Shown here: one piece after another, positions 1 through 8,446 of the stretch
Layout of the letters: the number at the start of each line of letters is the position of its first letter
Position numbering within the stretch: the first letter of the stretch is position 1
Source of the DNA: Vulcanimicrobiota bacterium
GTDB taxonomy: Bacteria > Vulcanimicrobiota > Xenobia > Xenobiales > JADMJV01
Length of the DNA stretch: 64,000 bases
Assembly: GCA_050250895.1 (NCBI GenBank)
Contig: JBFWNU010000001.1
Span: 1,288,008 to 1,352,007 of the forward strand
Reading direction: 5' to 3'
Notes under the pieces: model-generated
Databases searched by the model: none
Seen by the model: the letters and a program-made list of their open reading frames with translations, nothing else
What the model was told of the DNA's origin: nothing
Made by a program: the position numbers and the translations under genes

Positions 1-534
1 AGCGACTTCTTTGTGCCCTATCGGCAACAGCACGAAAACGCCTACTACCAGGGTGAGTTCAATGTTCCCATGCTATGGAACAGCAACTTTTTCATGACCG
101 AGCAAGCCATGGACCTTTTGCGGGTAGTGACCGATGTCTGGCTGCCTGACTTCAAGTTCGGGCCCGGCGACTGTCCGCTCAAGTTGGCTCGCACCCCCTG
201 GTACTGGGAAACGGTCACCTCCAACCTGTTGCGCCTCGAAGAATGGCAGGAGGACTACACGATCCGCCATCTGGTCATGCCCAACCACGTGGAGTGTTGT
301 ACTTACGGCGTCTTCGAGTGGCTGGCTGAATATGCGCCGACCGCCCCCATCAACATCATGGCGCAGTACCATCCCGACAATTATTGCGACCCCACCAGCG
401 CCAAATACCAGGAGAAATACGCCGCCATCAATCGGCGCTGCTCACCGGATGAGCTGATCGCCTCTTACCGCCGGGCCGAAGAGCTTGGACTGGTCTTTCG
501 CACTCTCACCCATGAGCGCCGATTACAAATCTGA
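1..534 (+). CDS. Radical SAM protein, PflX/PFL-activating-enzyme-like (5'-truncated by window)
   Basis: WNSN..DVWLPDFKFG..IRHLVMPNHVECCT..INIMAQYHP matches the PflX-like C-terminal half; frame open from base 1. Confidence 0.75.
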   Translation, partial: SDFFVPYRQQHENAYYQGEFNVPMLWNSNFFMTEQAMDLLRVVTDVWLPDFKFGPGDCPLKLARTPWYWETVTSNLLRLEEWQEDYTIRHLVMPNHVECCTYGVFEWLAEYAPTAPINIMAQYHPDNYCDPTSAKYQEKYAAINRRCSPDELIASYRRAEELGLVFRTLTHERRLQI

Positions 535-582
535 GCTCGGGGTGCAATGGCCTCCTGGCCGTCTGTCCCCTATCATTTTGGT

Positions 583-1641
583 ATGAGCTTCTTTTCGAAA
601 ATTTCATCCTCTATCAAGAAAGTCACTGACCGCGTCACGGGCGGCTATGGCAAAGTGGAGATGCACGTGGGCCAGCGCCAGGCCGGCCTCTTGCCCGTGC
701 GGGTAACCCTCGCGGCGACGGGCGAGTTGAAAGCCGACAGCATCGTGCTCGAACTGCATCAGAGCGAGCGCTTTCGCTACGATGAAGACCGTACCGTGCG
801 AGACCGCCATCACGTCACCTGGCAAGAGAAGTCAGACCTTTCGCAGTCGAATCACAAGGTCTTGCACAAAGTCGAGTTGAGCGGTGAGATTACCATGGCC
901 GAGGGTGAGCAGCGCGAGTTTACCGCCGAGATCCCGGTGGTCGAGGATCTGCCCGGAACGGCCAAAGGCCGCCACTTTGAGCTCGGCCACCGCCTGGACC
1001 TGCGAGTGGACATACCCTGGGGCGTCGACCTGCGCGAAAATCAAGAAGTCCAACTGGGCTCTCCACCGGCTATGCCCGAACCCGTGGTGGTGCGCGAGTC
1101 CTTTGGAGGGGCTACCTGCGAGTTGAGCTATGCTCCCGAAGGGTTGTCGGGCTCGACTCTGCCGGTCAAGCTGCGTTTCGAAGGAGATATGCCGAACCTG
1201 CGGGTGGCCGAAGTGCGGTTGCGTTCGATCGAGTCGGTGATTGTGGAGGTGCAGTGGCGCCGACATCTCAGCGAGCAAGAGCGCGAAGAGGCGCAGCCTT
1301 ACCATGACCGGCCTGTCCAGATCGAGTTGACTGGCCTCGAGTGGTCCAGCGACGACGGCTTTGGGCTGTTGCTCGAGGGCGAGGGCCAGCGCCGCGACCC
1401 TCGTCGCCGTATCGACGGCGAGTACGAGGTGCTAGACTTCGGCCAGCGCAATCGCGATGTCGTCCAGGAGTTACAGTTTCCAGTCTCGTTCCAGGGCGGC
1501 GAGGCCAGCCTGCAAATCCCTCTTGAGGGAGTACCGCCAACGCTGCTGAGCGACTTCGTCCGGCACCGCGTCTACCTTGAAGTCAACCTCGAGTCCAATC
1601 AGCGTGAATTCCATTTCGAGCGGGAGATCATCCTCCACTGA
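583..1641 (+). CDS. Spo0M/arrestin-fold protein, apparently two beta-sandwich domains
   Basis: MSFFSKI..GGYGKVEM start resembles Spo0M; FTAEIPVVEDLPGT..RLDLRVDIPWGVD motif; similar second segment QIPLEGVPPTL..RVYLEV. Confidence 0.55.
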   Translation: MSFFSKISSSIKKVTDRVTGGYGKVEMHVGQRQAGLLPVRVTLAATGELKADSIVLELHQSERFRYDEDRTVRDRHHVTWQEKSDLSQSNHKVLHKVELSGEITMAEGEQREFTAEIPVVEDLPGTAKGRHFELGHRLDLRVDIPWGVDLRENQEVQLGSPPAMPEPVVVRESFGGATCELSYAPEGLSGSTLPVKLRFEGDMPNLRVAEVRLRSIESVIVEVQWRRHLSEQEREEAQPYHDRPVQIELTGLEWSSDDGFGLLLEGEGQRRDPRRRIDGEYEVLDFGQRNRDVVQELQFPVSFQGGEASLQIPLEGVPPTLLSDFVRHRVYLEVNLESNQREFHFEREIILH

Positions 1642-1660
1642 GGACAGTGGTGCAGAATCC

Positions 1661-1861
1661 TTAACGTCCAAAGAGCCCGCGCCAGCGGGCTTTTACTTTG
1701 TCCCAAAAGGTCTGCGGCACCAGATCGTCGACTCGAAGCGGCAGGTCGCGCTTTAGAGCCGACTCGGCGGCGCACATGGGACAGAGCACGGTGACGGTGC
1801 GGCCGTTGTCTTCCTCCACCGGGTCGTCAGTGAAAGCTCCGCAGGATGAACAGCGAGGCAT
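1661..1861 (-). CDS. Small CxxC..CxxC zinc-ribbon protein (66 aa)
   Basis: MPRCSSCG..LCPMCA; GGGAGGGG directly upstream of the ATG at 1861. Confidence 0.55.
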   Translation of the reverse strand: MPRCSSCGAFTDDPVEEDNGRTVTVLCPMCAAESALKRDLPLRVDDLVPQTFWDKVKARWRGLFGR

Positions 1862-2045
1862 ACCCCTCCCTTTCGCACCCCACGCTGAGGGCACCTCTGA
1901 GCCTTGTTAACATCTAGCCCGCTGTTCGATAGCGACAAAAGCTTTGAATACAGGCTTTTGCCCAAACTATGGTCGACGATGTTCACACTGTGGTAACATC
2001 ATGGCCACAGTCGGGTTACAAGCAACCTTTAAGATAGGAACTAAG

Positions 2046-3515
2046 ATGGACAGAGTAGGACAAGCTCTCAGGAACGCCCAGATGGGTGCTCAGGGACCGA
2101 CCCGCGGACCGGGTGGCCCGGCCCAGGGCCCCGGCGCGCCGATCTCGCGGCCGACTCCCAATCTGTTCAGTCCCCCGGCTGGTCGCGGGCTGCCCCCGGC
2201 GCTGACCCTGCGCCTGCCCAGCAACCTGAACACCGGGCTGCAGCTTTTCAATCCCGGCAGCGTCATCCACGGCAAGGTTACCGGGCAGGAAGGCAACTCG
2301 GTCTTCCTGCGGTTGGGTGAGCACACCCTCAAGGCAGAGGCTCGTGTGCCTCTCGAGGTGGGCCAGTCGATTCAGCTCAAGGTCGAAGGTCAGAATCAGG
2401 GACAGATCCAGCTGCAACTGGTCAAGACCCCCTTCACCAAGATGGCCACCGCCGACCTGACCAACACCTTGACCCAGTTGAAAATGCCGGTCAATGACGC
2501 CAACGTGGCTCTGGCCAAGACGATGGTCGAGCACAATATCCCGCTGACCAAAGAGAATTTTACCTTTATGAAGACGGTGCTGGCCCAGCCCGCCCCGCCC
2601 AGCCCGGCCACCGGTCAACCAGCCTCGATGCCCTCGCGGGTGGCGGCGACCAGCTTCTTGCAGTCGAGTAACCTGCCGGTGACTGCCAACAACGTGACCA
2701 CCCTGGCCAATTTCCTCAACACCAACCCGCAGATCGGCGTGCAGATGTTCGCCGTCAATCAGGAATTTCGGCGGCTGGCCAAGATGAAGTCGGGCGATGC
2801 CAACTCGTGTATCGAGATGATGTCAGGAGTGCAAAGCGCTCTCGGCGACTTCATTCTCGAGCCCGAGCGACGCGCGGCCGGCAAGAAGTCTTCCAAGAAG
2901 CTGATGGACATGGCCCGCCAGACGGGTATCGAGACCAATCTGGGGGCCACTTTCGGCGGCGCCGCCGACGAAGACGAGCTGCTCGAGATGATGCGCACTC
3001 TGCGCGAGCGGATGAGCAAGTCCGAGGACAAAGGCGATTATCACAAGGCCATGGCGCTGCTCAAAGGGCTCGAAGAGAACCTCGAGGCCCACAAGCTCAT
3101 CAATCGGGCTCGCAACGAGTCGAACCTGGGCTTTTACTATCTGCAGGTGCCGATGCGCCTCGAGAACGGCGATGTGGCCGAAATCTGGGTGCGCTATCAC
3201 CTCGACGAAGAGGGCAACCGGCACGTCGACTCTGAAGACACCATCATCGAGTTTCTGGTGACCACCGAGTTTATGGGCGAACTCTATTTCACCCTTGAGT
3301 TGCGCGGCGGAACGGTCCACATCGATCTGGGCACGCCCAACGAGGATGTGCGCGAGTTCGTGGCCCGTTATTTGCCTGCTCTGGCCGATCGCATCAGCCA
3401 CCTGGGCTGGAACACCGGTCGGGTGGGAGCTACCTATCGGCCCTTCAGTGGTCGGCGCAAATTGGTCGAACATCAGGCTTTCGAAGACTTGGAGCGTTGT
3501 AATGTCCAAGCCTAA
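2046..3515 (+). CDS. FliK-like flagellar hook-length control protein
   Basis: Low-complexity N-terminus; C-terminal YYLQVPM..FLVTTEFMGELYFTL FliK-C-like domain; followed by a FlhB-C-like gene and rod genes. Confidence 0.6.
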   Translation: MDRVGQALRNAQMGAQGPTRGPGGPAQGPGAPISRPTPNLFSPPAGRGLPPALTLRLPSNLNTGLQLFNPGSVIHGKVTGQEGNSVFLRLGEHTLKAEARVPLEVGQSIQLKVEGQNQGQIQLQLVKTPFTKMATADLTNTLTQLKMPVNDANVALAKTMVEHNIPLTKENFTFMKTVLAQPAPPSPATGQPASMPSRVAATSFLQSSNLPVTANNVTTLANFLNTNPQIGVQMFAVNQEFRRLAKMKSGDANSCIEMMSGVQSALGDFILEPERRAAGKKSSKKLMDMARQTGIETNLGATFGGAADEDELLEMMRTLRERMSKSEDKGDYHKAMALLKGLEENLEAHKLINRARNESNLGFYYLQVPMRLENGDVAEIWVRYHLDEEGNRHVDSEDTIIEFLVTTEFMGELYFTLELRGGTVHIDLGTPNEDVREFVARYLPALADRISHLGWNTGRVGATYRPFSGRRKLVEHQAFEDLERCNVQA

Positions 3516-3822
3516 GTGGACCGAAACGGTCGAGCCCCAAGAAAAGGTCGCGGTCGCCTACAAGCAGATGCCCGACGGTTCCACCCGCGTGGTGGCGGCC
3601 GGCACCGGGGTCGAGGCCGAGAAAATTATCGCCCAGGCGGAAGCTTCGGGCGTGCAAGTGCGACGGAACGAAGACGAAGTCGAGCAGTTGCTGCGGTCAG
3701 AGAACGAGCAAGGCAGCACCGTCCCGCCCGAAATCTACGAACTGATGGCGGTCGTCATCAACTTTGCCCAGGAAGTCAACGAGCAGTGGCTTCGCGAGAA
3801 TTACGAAGACAGCGATTATTAA
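3502..3822 (+). CDS. FlhB C-terminal-domain-like protein (FlhX/YlqH, EscU/YscU family)
   Basis: AVAY..RVVAAGTGVEAEKIIAQAEASGVQV..VPPEIYELMAVVINF; ATG at 3502 overlaps the fliK-like end. Confidence 0.75.
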   Translation: MSKPKWTETVEPQEKVAVAYKQMPDGSTRVVAAGTGVEAEKIIAQAEASGVQVRRNEDEVEQLLRSENEQGSTVPPEIYELMAVVINFAQEVNEQWLRENYEDSDY

Positions 3823-3838
3823 TACCTGAAAACAACAA

Positions 3839-3863
3839 AGGTTCATGCTCCCCGACAGAGAAC
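3839..3863 (+). promoter_or_regulatory. Putative sigmaH-like promoter AGGT-N17-GAAC upstream of flgF
   Basis: Same bipartite motif recurs upstream of many genes in this window. Confidence 0.4.
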
Positions 3864-3907
3864 TTTTAAGTCTGGGAGAGAATGCAAACCGGTCTGGAGG
3901 AACATAG

Positions 3908-4690
3908 ATGCTAGATGGAATGAAAGCGGCTACCGAGGGATTGCTGGCGATGTCCGTAAAACAGGACATCATCGCCAATAACCTGGCCAACGCGGGCACC
4001 GCGGGTTTCCGCAAAGAAGAGATTGCGATCACCTCGTTTACCGAGATTCTCGACCGAGAAGTCGGCAGCATGGGGATGACGCAGGCCGGTGGAGAGCTCT
4101 CCAACCTGGCCATGTCCGGGATGCAGACCCGGGGCACTCTCCAGCACTCCTCGGTGACCCACACCGGACAGGGCTCTCTCAAAGAGACGGGCAACCCGTT
4201 CGACCTGGCCCTCAATGACGAAGGCAAAGGCTTCTTCGCCATTCAGACGCCAGACAAAGGCATCCAGTTTACCCGGGCTGGCTCGTTCCACCTCAGCACC
4301 GAAGGCTTCCTGGTGACGGGCGACGGGTCGCTGGTAATGGGACACAAAGGGCCCATCAAGCTCGACGGCAGCGATTTCAAGATCAACAACGAGGGCGTCA
4401 TCAGCGTCAACGACAAAGAGATCGACAAGCTGCTGGTTTGCACTTTCGATGACCCGGCCGATATGAAACGCACCGGCGCCACCAGCTTCGTGGCCGGCGG
4501 CCCTAAGGTTCGGGCCACCACCAAGTTCCAGCTCAAACAGGGTTACCTCGAGCAGTCCAATGTCAATGCCCTTCAGGAAATGGTCGGCTTGATGCAAGTG
4601 ATGCGTAACTACGAGGCCAACCAGAAGGCGCTCCAGGCGCATGACTCTCGACTGCAGAAGGCCGTCAACGAACTCGGCCGCGTCCGCTAG
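3908..4690 (+). CDS. flgF: Flagellar basal-body rod protein FlgF (FlhO-like)
   Basis: IANNLANAGTAGF, TGNPFDLAL, FTRAGSF, LEQSNVN..EMV..RNYEANQK; GGAGG RBS. Confidence 0.85.
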   Translation: MLDGMKAATEGLLAMSVKQDIIANNLANAGTAGFRKEEIAITSFTEILDREVGSMGMTQAGGELSNLAMSGMQTRGTLQHSSVTHTGQGSLKETGNPFDLALNDEGKGFFAIQTPDKGIQFTRAGSFHLSTEGFLVTGDGSLVMGHKGPIKLDGSDFKINNEGVISVNDKEIDKLLVCTFDDPADMKRTGATSFVAGGPKVRATTKFQLKQGYLEQSNVNALQEMVGLMQVMRNYEANQKALQAHDSRLQKAVNELGRVR

Positions 4691-4735
4691 TAGAAATAGT
4701 TTAAGACTAAACAACGAAGGAATGGGTGAACGCTT

Positions 4736-5509
4736 ATGATGAGGGCACTTTACACTGCGGCTTCCGGGATGATGGCCCAGCAGTTGAACATCGACAACAT
4801 TTCCCACAACCTGGCCAACTACCAGTCGACCGGGTTCAAGAAATCGCGGGTCACGTTCGAGGACTTGCTTTATGCAACCCTGAAAGACCCCGGCGCCGAG
4901 GCTACCGCCGGCACGCAGATCGGTATGGGTGTGCGGGCCGCTTCGACCGAGCGCCAGTTCAGCCAGGGCACGCTGCAGAAAACGGGTAACCCCTTCGATG
5001 TCGGTATCCAGGGCGAAGGCTTCTTCAAAGTGCTGATGCCCGATGGCACCGTGGCCTACACCCGTGATGGCTCCTTCAAATATGACGGTAAGAACCAGCA
5101 GTTGACCACCGGTTCGGGTTATCCCATCGGGGTCGAGATTCCTAAAGATTTGACCAACATCCAGATCAGCCCCGAGGGTGAAGTCTCTGGTGTGCGGATC
5201 AACGGCGACGGCAAGCCCGAGAAGATCGGCCAGATCAAGCTCGTTCGCTTCCTCAACCCGGCCGGCCTCAAGGCTGTCGGTGGTAACCTGTTCGTCGAAA
5301 CCGACGTGTCCGGCTCTCGCAGCGAAGGCACTCCTGGTGGCGACGGGCTGGGTGCCCTGGCTCAGGGTCACCTGGAGAAGTCGAACATCAACATCGTCGA
5401 AGAGATGATCTCGATCGTGCAAGCCCAGCGCGCTTTCGAAATGAACCAGAAAGGCGTGCAAGCAGCCGACGAAATGATGCGCCAGACCAACCAGCTGCAG
5501 AGAGGATAA
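4736..5509 (+). CDS. flgG: Flagellar distal rod protein FlgG
   Basis: MMRALYTAASGM, ISHNLAN, FEDLLY, YTRDGSF, LEKSNINIVEEM..AQRAFEMN. Confidence 0.92.
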   Translation: MMRALYTAASGMMAQQLNIDNISHNLANYQSTGFKKSRVTFEDLLYATLKDPGAEATAGTQIGMGVRAASTERQFSQGTLQKTGNPFDVGIQGEGFFKVLMPDGTVAYTRDGSFKYDGKNQQLTTGSGYPIGVEIPKDLTNIQISPEGEVSGVRINGDGKPEKIGQIKLVRFLNPAGLKAVGGNLFVETDVSGSRSEGTPGGDGLGALAQGHLEKSNINIVEEMISIVQAQRAFEMNQKGVQAADEMMRQTNQLQRG

Positions 5510-5514
5510 TCTAA

Positions 5515-5811
5515 ATGTTCATTGAGGGAATGACCCCCCAACCTCTTCCGAAAGAAACTTCGGTGGCCCCTTCTCGGGCCAGAGAAGAGGCCAAGCTCGA
5601 GCAGGCCTGCCAGCAGTTCGAAGAGATGTTTCTTCACCAGATGTTGGCGCAAATGCGTAAGACCGTTCCTAAGGGCGGGATGCTCGGAGGCGGCGAAAAA
5701 GAAGAGATGTTCCAGGGAATGCTGGATCAGGAGCGTGCAAAGAACTGGGCCCAGGAAGGCGGGATCGGTCTGGCGAATATGCTCTTCCAGCAGATGAAGC
5801 AGAACCTATAA
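5515..5811 (+). CDS. flgJ: FlgJ-type rod-binding (rod cap) protein without muramidase domain
   Basis: LEQACQQFEEMFLHQMLAQMRKTVP..MFQGMLDQE..GIGLANML. Confidence 0.85.
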   Translation: MFIEGMTPQPLPKETSVAPSRAREEAKLEQACQQFEEMFLHQMLAQMRKTVPKGGMLGGGEKEEMFQGMLDQERAKNWAQEGGIGLANMLFQQMKQNL

Positions 5812-5926
5812 ACCGGGGGGCCCGGTGATAGGTTAGATTCTCAAGCTCACCAAGAGCGGGTCCCCCAGAAATGCGGGTTGAGGCCCGCTCTTTGCGTTCT
5901 GTGAAGAGATTCTTGGAGGAGCTTGC

Positions 5927-6721
5927 ATGGACGACATCGCCGAGGTCTGGCGAAAGTATAAAAAGACCGGCGATCCCATCCTTCAGGAAGAACTAGTCGT
6001 CCACTACCAGCCTCTGGTCAAGAAGCTCGCCCTGGGTGTGCTCCGCAAGCTCCGGGCCGGGACCGAGTTGGACGAGTTGGTGGCCGACGGGCTTTTTGGC
6101 CTGGTGCGGGCCATCGAAGGGTTCGAGCCTGAGCGGGGATACAAGTTCCAGACCTACGCCACCCCGGTGGTGCGCGGAGCCATTTACAATGGCTTGCGTC
6201 GGATGGATTGGTTGCCCGAGCGCACTCGCAGCAAGGCCCGGGCCTTTCAGAGGGCGGTCGACAAGCTGCAGCAAGTGAGCGGGCGGCCACCCACCGAAGA
6301 AGACATCGCCGAAGAGCTCAAGATGAGCGCCGAAGAGGTTTACGATTTGATCGCAAACCTGGGTTGCATGTACATGCTGTCGCTGGACCAGCCCATCGGT
6401 AGCGACGAGGGTGACGCGACCATGGGAGACCTGGTGGAGGACTCCGGCTCGATCAGTCCTGATGTCGAGGTGGAATTCTCAGAGGAGCGAGACCAGATGC
6501 GCGAGGCGCTGGCCAGCCTGCCCGAGCGCGAGAAGATTCTCATCGAGATGCATTACTTTGAGGGGGTTACCTTTGAGGCCATCTCGCGAATGTTCGATGT
6601 GTCCAAGCAGCGCATCAGCCAGATGCATCAACGGGCCGTCCGGCGCTTGCGCGAGGTGTTGAAAAAGGAAATGGGCGATGACGATATCTCGCCCAGCGCG
6701 ATGCACGATTTCACGGTTTAG
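5927..6721 (+). CDS. fliA: FliA/WhiG-family sigma-28 factor
   Basis: GLFGLVRAIEGFEPERGYKFQTYA, LRRMDWLP, region 4 VSKQRISQMH; GGAGG RBS. Confidence 0.85.
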   Translation: MDDIAEVWRKYKKTGDPILQEELVVHYQPLVKKLALGVLRKLRAGTELDELVADGLFGLVRAIEGFEPERGYKFQTYATPVVRGAIYNGLRRMDWLPERTRSKARAFQRAVDKLQQVSGRPPTEEDIAEELKMSAEEVYDLIANLGCMYMLSLDQPIGSDEGDATMGDLVEDSGSISPDVEVEFSEERDQMREALASLPEREKILIEMHYFEGVTFEAISRMFDVSKQRISQMHQRAVRRLREVLKKEMGDDDISPSAMHDFTV

Positions 6722-6757
6722 TGAAATAGGTAGCGCCTTTCTTCGACCAGGAGAGGT

Positions 6758-7261
6758 ATGCGCATTCACAATCTGTTTTTCGCTTCGATCCTGGTGGTGG
6801 TGGCTGCGGCTGCCCGTTGGTGGACCCTGGCCGAGTTGCCCCCCGAGCCCGCCCGGGGAGTCTTGCTCACCGAGATGCATGGGCGGGATCTGTTGGTGCG
6901 GCTCACCAATGTCGGGGGCGAGGCCTTGTCGGTGACCACCTGCGGCTACGGTGACCCGTGTGCGGCCGACATTTCGGTCGACTTCCACCGGCCCACGGGG
7001 GAGTGGATCCAGGTCGCTGGTCCACGCTGCGGTACTGGCTTGCGGATCGGGCAGTTGGTCGTCGGGCCGGGCCAATCGGTCGAGCGAATTTATCGAGGCT
7101 GGTCCGAGCAGCTGCCTGTGGCCACGGTGACGATCCTGGCACGGGGCGAGGAGGCGCCGCTCAGCTCAGGTCCAATCGCTATTCGCGTCAAGGAACGCGC
7201 GATTCCAGTCCACCCCGCTGATGACCCGAACAACACTTCGGTCGTGAGCCAGCACCGCTAG
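6758..7261 (+). CDS. Hypothetical exported protein
   Basis: Hydrophobic N-terminal segment, GGAGAGG RBS, three Cys. Confidence 0.5.
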   Translation: MRIHNLFFASILVVVAAAARWWTLAELPPEPARGVLLTEMHGRDLLVRLTNVGGEALSVTTCGYGDPCAADISVDFHRPTGEWIQVAGPRCGTGLRIGQLVVGPGQSVERIYRGWSEQLPVATVTILARGEEAPLSSGPIAIRVKERAIPVHPADDPNNTSVVSQHR

Positions 7262-7342
7262 TTCTTCACCAGGCGCCCCTCTGTTCGCCAGGAGTTCTAG
7301 ACCTTGTCTAGAACGGGGGCTGGCCTTGAAGGAGTATGTTTG

Positions 7343-8446
7343 ATGTCGTCCAGTCGCTATAAACCGCCGAAAGATAAACGCAAAGAAACCAAGCTGCAGG
7401 AGGAGCGCGATAAAAACCGCGAGTTGACTCCGATCGAAAAGCGGCGGCAGTTGGTGATTCACACCGGGGTCTGGATCCTGGTGCTCGCGTTCATGATGAC
7501 CTCGGGCATCGTTTGCACCAATCTCGACCCCAAATCGCAGCCCGATCAACCGGTAGCCAACGGTGCGCCCGTCGATGAGGATACAGCCGGTATCGAGAAA
7601 TGGAAGGCCGAGGTCGATAAGAATCCCAAGGATGCGACCGCTCTGGCAAACCTGGGGTATTATTACATCCGTAAGGCCGCCAACTCCGAGGAGCCGGAGA
7701 AGGGCCAGCTGCTCGGCCAGGCTCAAGAGACCCTCAACCAGGCTATCGAGGCCGACCCCAACTATTCTTTTGCTTATCAGCAGTTGGGCGAGTCGTTGGT
7801 GCTCAGCGAGAAGAACGACGAGGCCCGTGAGGTTTACAAGAAGGCCATCGAGTTGGCTGAACTGCCCGGCAAGGACGAGTCAGAACAGGCCGCTCGCGAT
7901 GCCCAGAAGGTGCAGGCTCTGCTCAGTCTGGCCCGGCTCGAGTTCACCCAGGACGACCTGGAAGCCGCCCTGACTCATCTCGACGAGGTGGTCAAGGTCA
8001 AGCCGGGTGAGGGCAAGGCGTATCTCGCTCGGGCTACCATTTATCGCAAGATGGGTAGGGAGCAGGCGGCCATCACCGAGCTTCGCACTGCATTCGACAT
8101 CGCCCAGGCTACCCGGGATCAAGAGTTGCTGCTGGTTTCGCAGGCGATGCTCGAGAGCATGCTGCCCAAGGATGCTCCCACTCCTGGGGTCGAAGAAAGT
8201 CCCGGCGTTCCAGCGACTCCCGCGCCCGAGACGACTCCCGCTCCGGTCTCGACGCCCAGTCCCGTCTCGGAAACCCCGGCCCCAGTAACCACGCCCAGTC
8301 CCGTGTCGGCTACGCCAGCCCCGGTGGCTACGCCAGCCCCGGTGGCCACGCCCAGCCCCGCGTCGGCTACGCCAGCCCCGTTAGCAACGCCGGCGTCGAC
8401 GCCGAGTCCAATTCCGGCTACTCCGACTCCGTCAGTGACGCCATAG
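7343..8446 (+). CDS. Membrane-anchored TPR protein with Pro/Thr/Ala-rich C-terminal tail
   Basis: TM segment, TPR-like ALANLGYYY, AYQQLGESL, AYLARATIY; TPAP/TPSP repeats. Confidence 0.75.
   Translation: MSSSRYKPPKDKRKETKLQEERDKNRELTPIEKRRQLVIHTGVWILVLAFMMTSGIVCTNLDPKSQPDQPVANGAPVDEDTAGIEKWKAEVDKNPKDATALANLGYYYIRKAANSEEPEKGQLLGQAQETLNQAIEADPNYSFAYQQLGESLVLSEKNDEAREVYKKAIELAELPGKDESEQAARDAQKVQALLSLARLEFTQDDLEAALTHLDEVVKVKPGEGKAYLARATIYRKMGREQAAITELRTAFDIAQATRDQELLLVSQAMLESMLPKDAPTPGVEESPGVPATPAPETTPAPVSTPSPVSETPAPVTTPSPVSATPAPVATPAPVATPSPASATPAPLATPASTPSPIPATPTPSVTP
8209..8443 (+). repeat. Imperfect coding tandem repeats encoding (A/S)TP(A/S)PV units
   Basis: e.g. GGCTACGCCAGCCCCG recurring, about 18-nt period. 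Confidence 0.8.

Noticed and set aside
3911-5461. Long antisense ORFs (also 20268-21284, 21723-22766, 35574-37010, 44240-45256)
   Set aside because: Shadow frames opposite well-conserved high-GC genes, with no domain signatures
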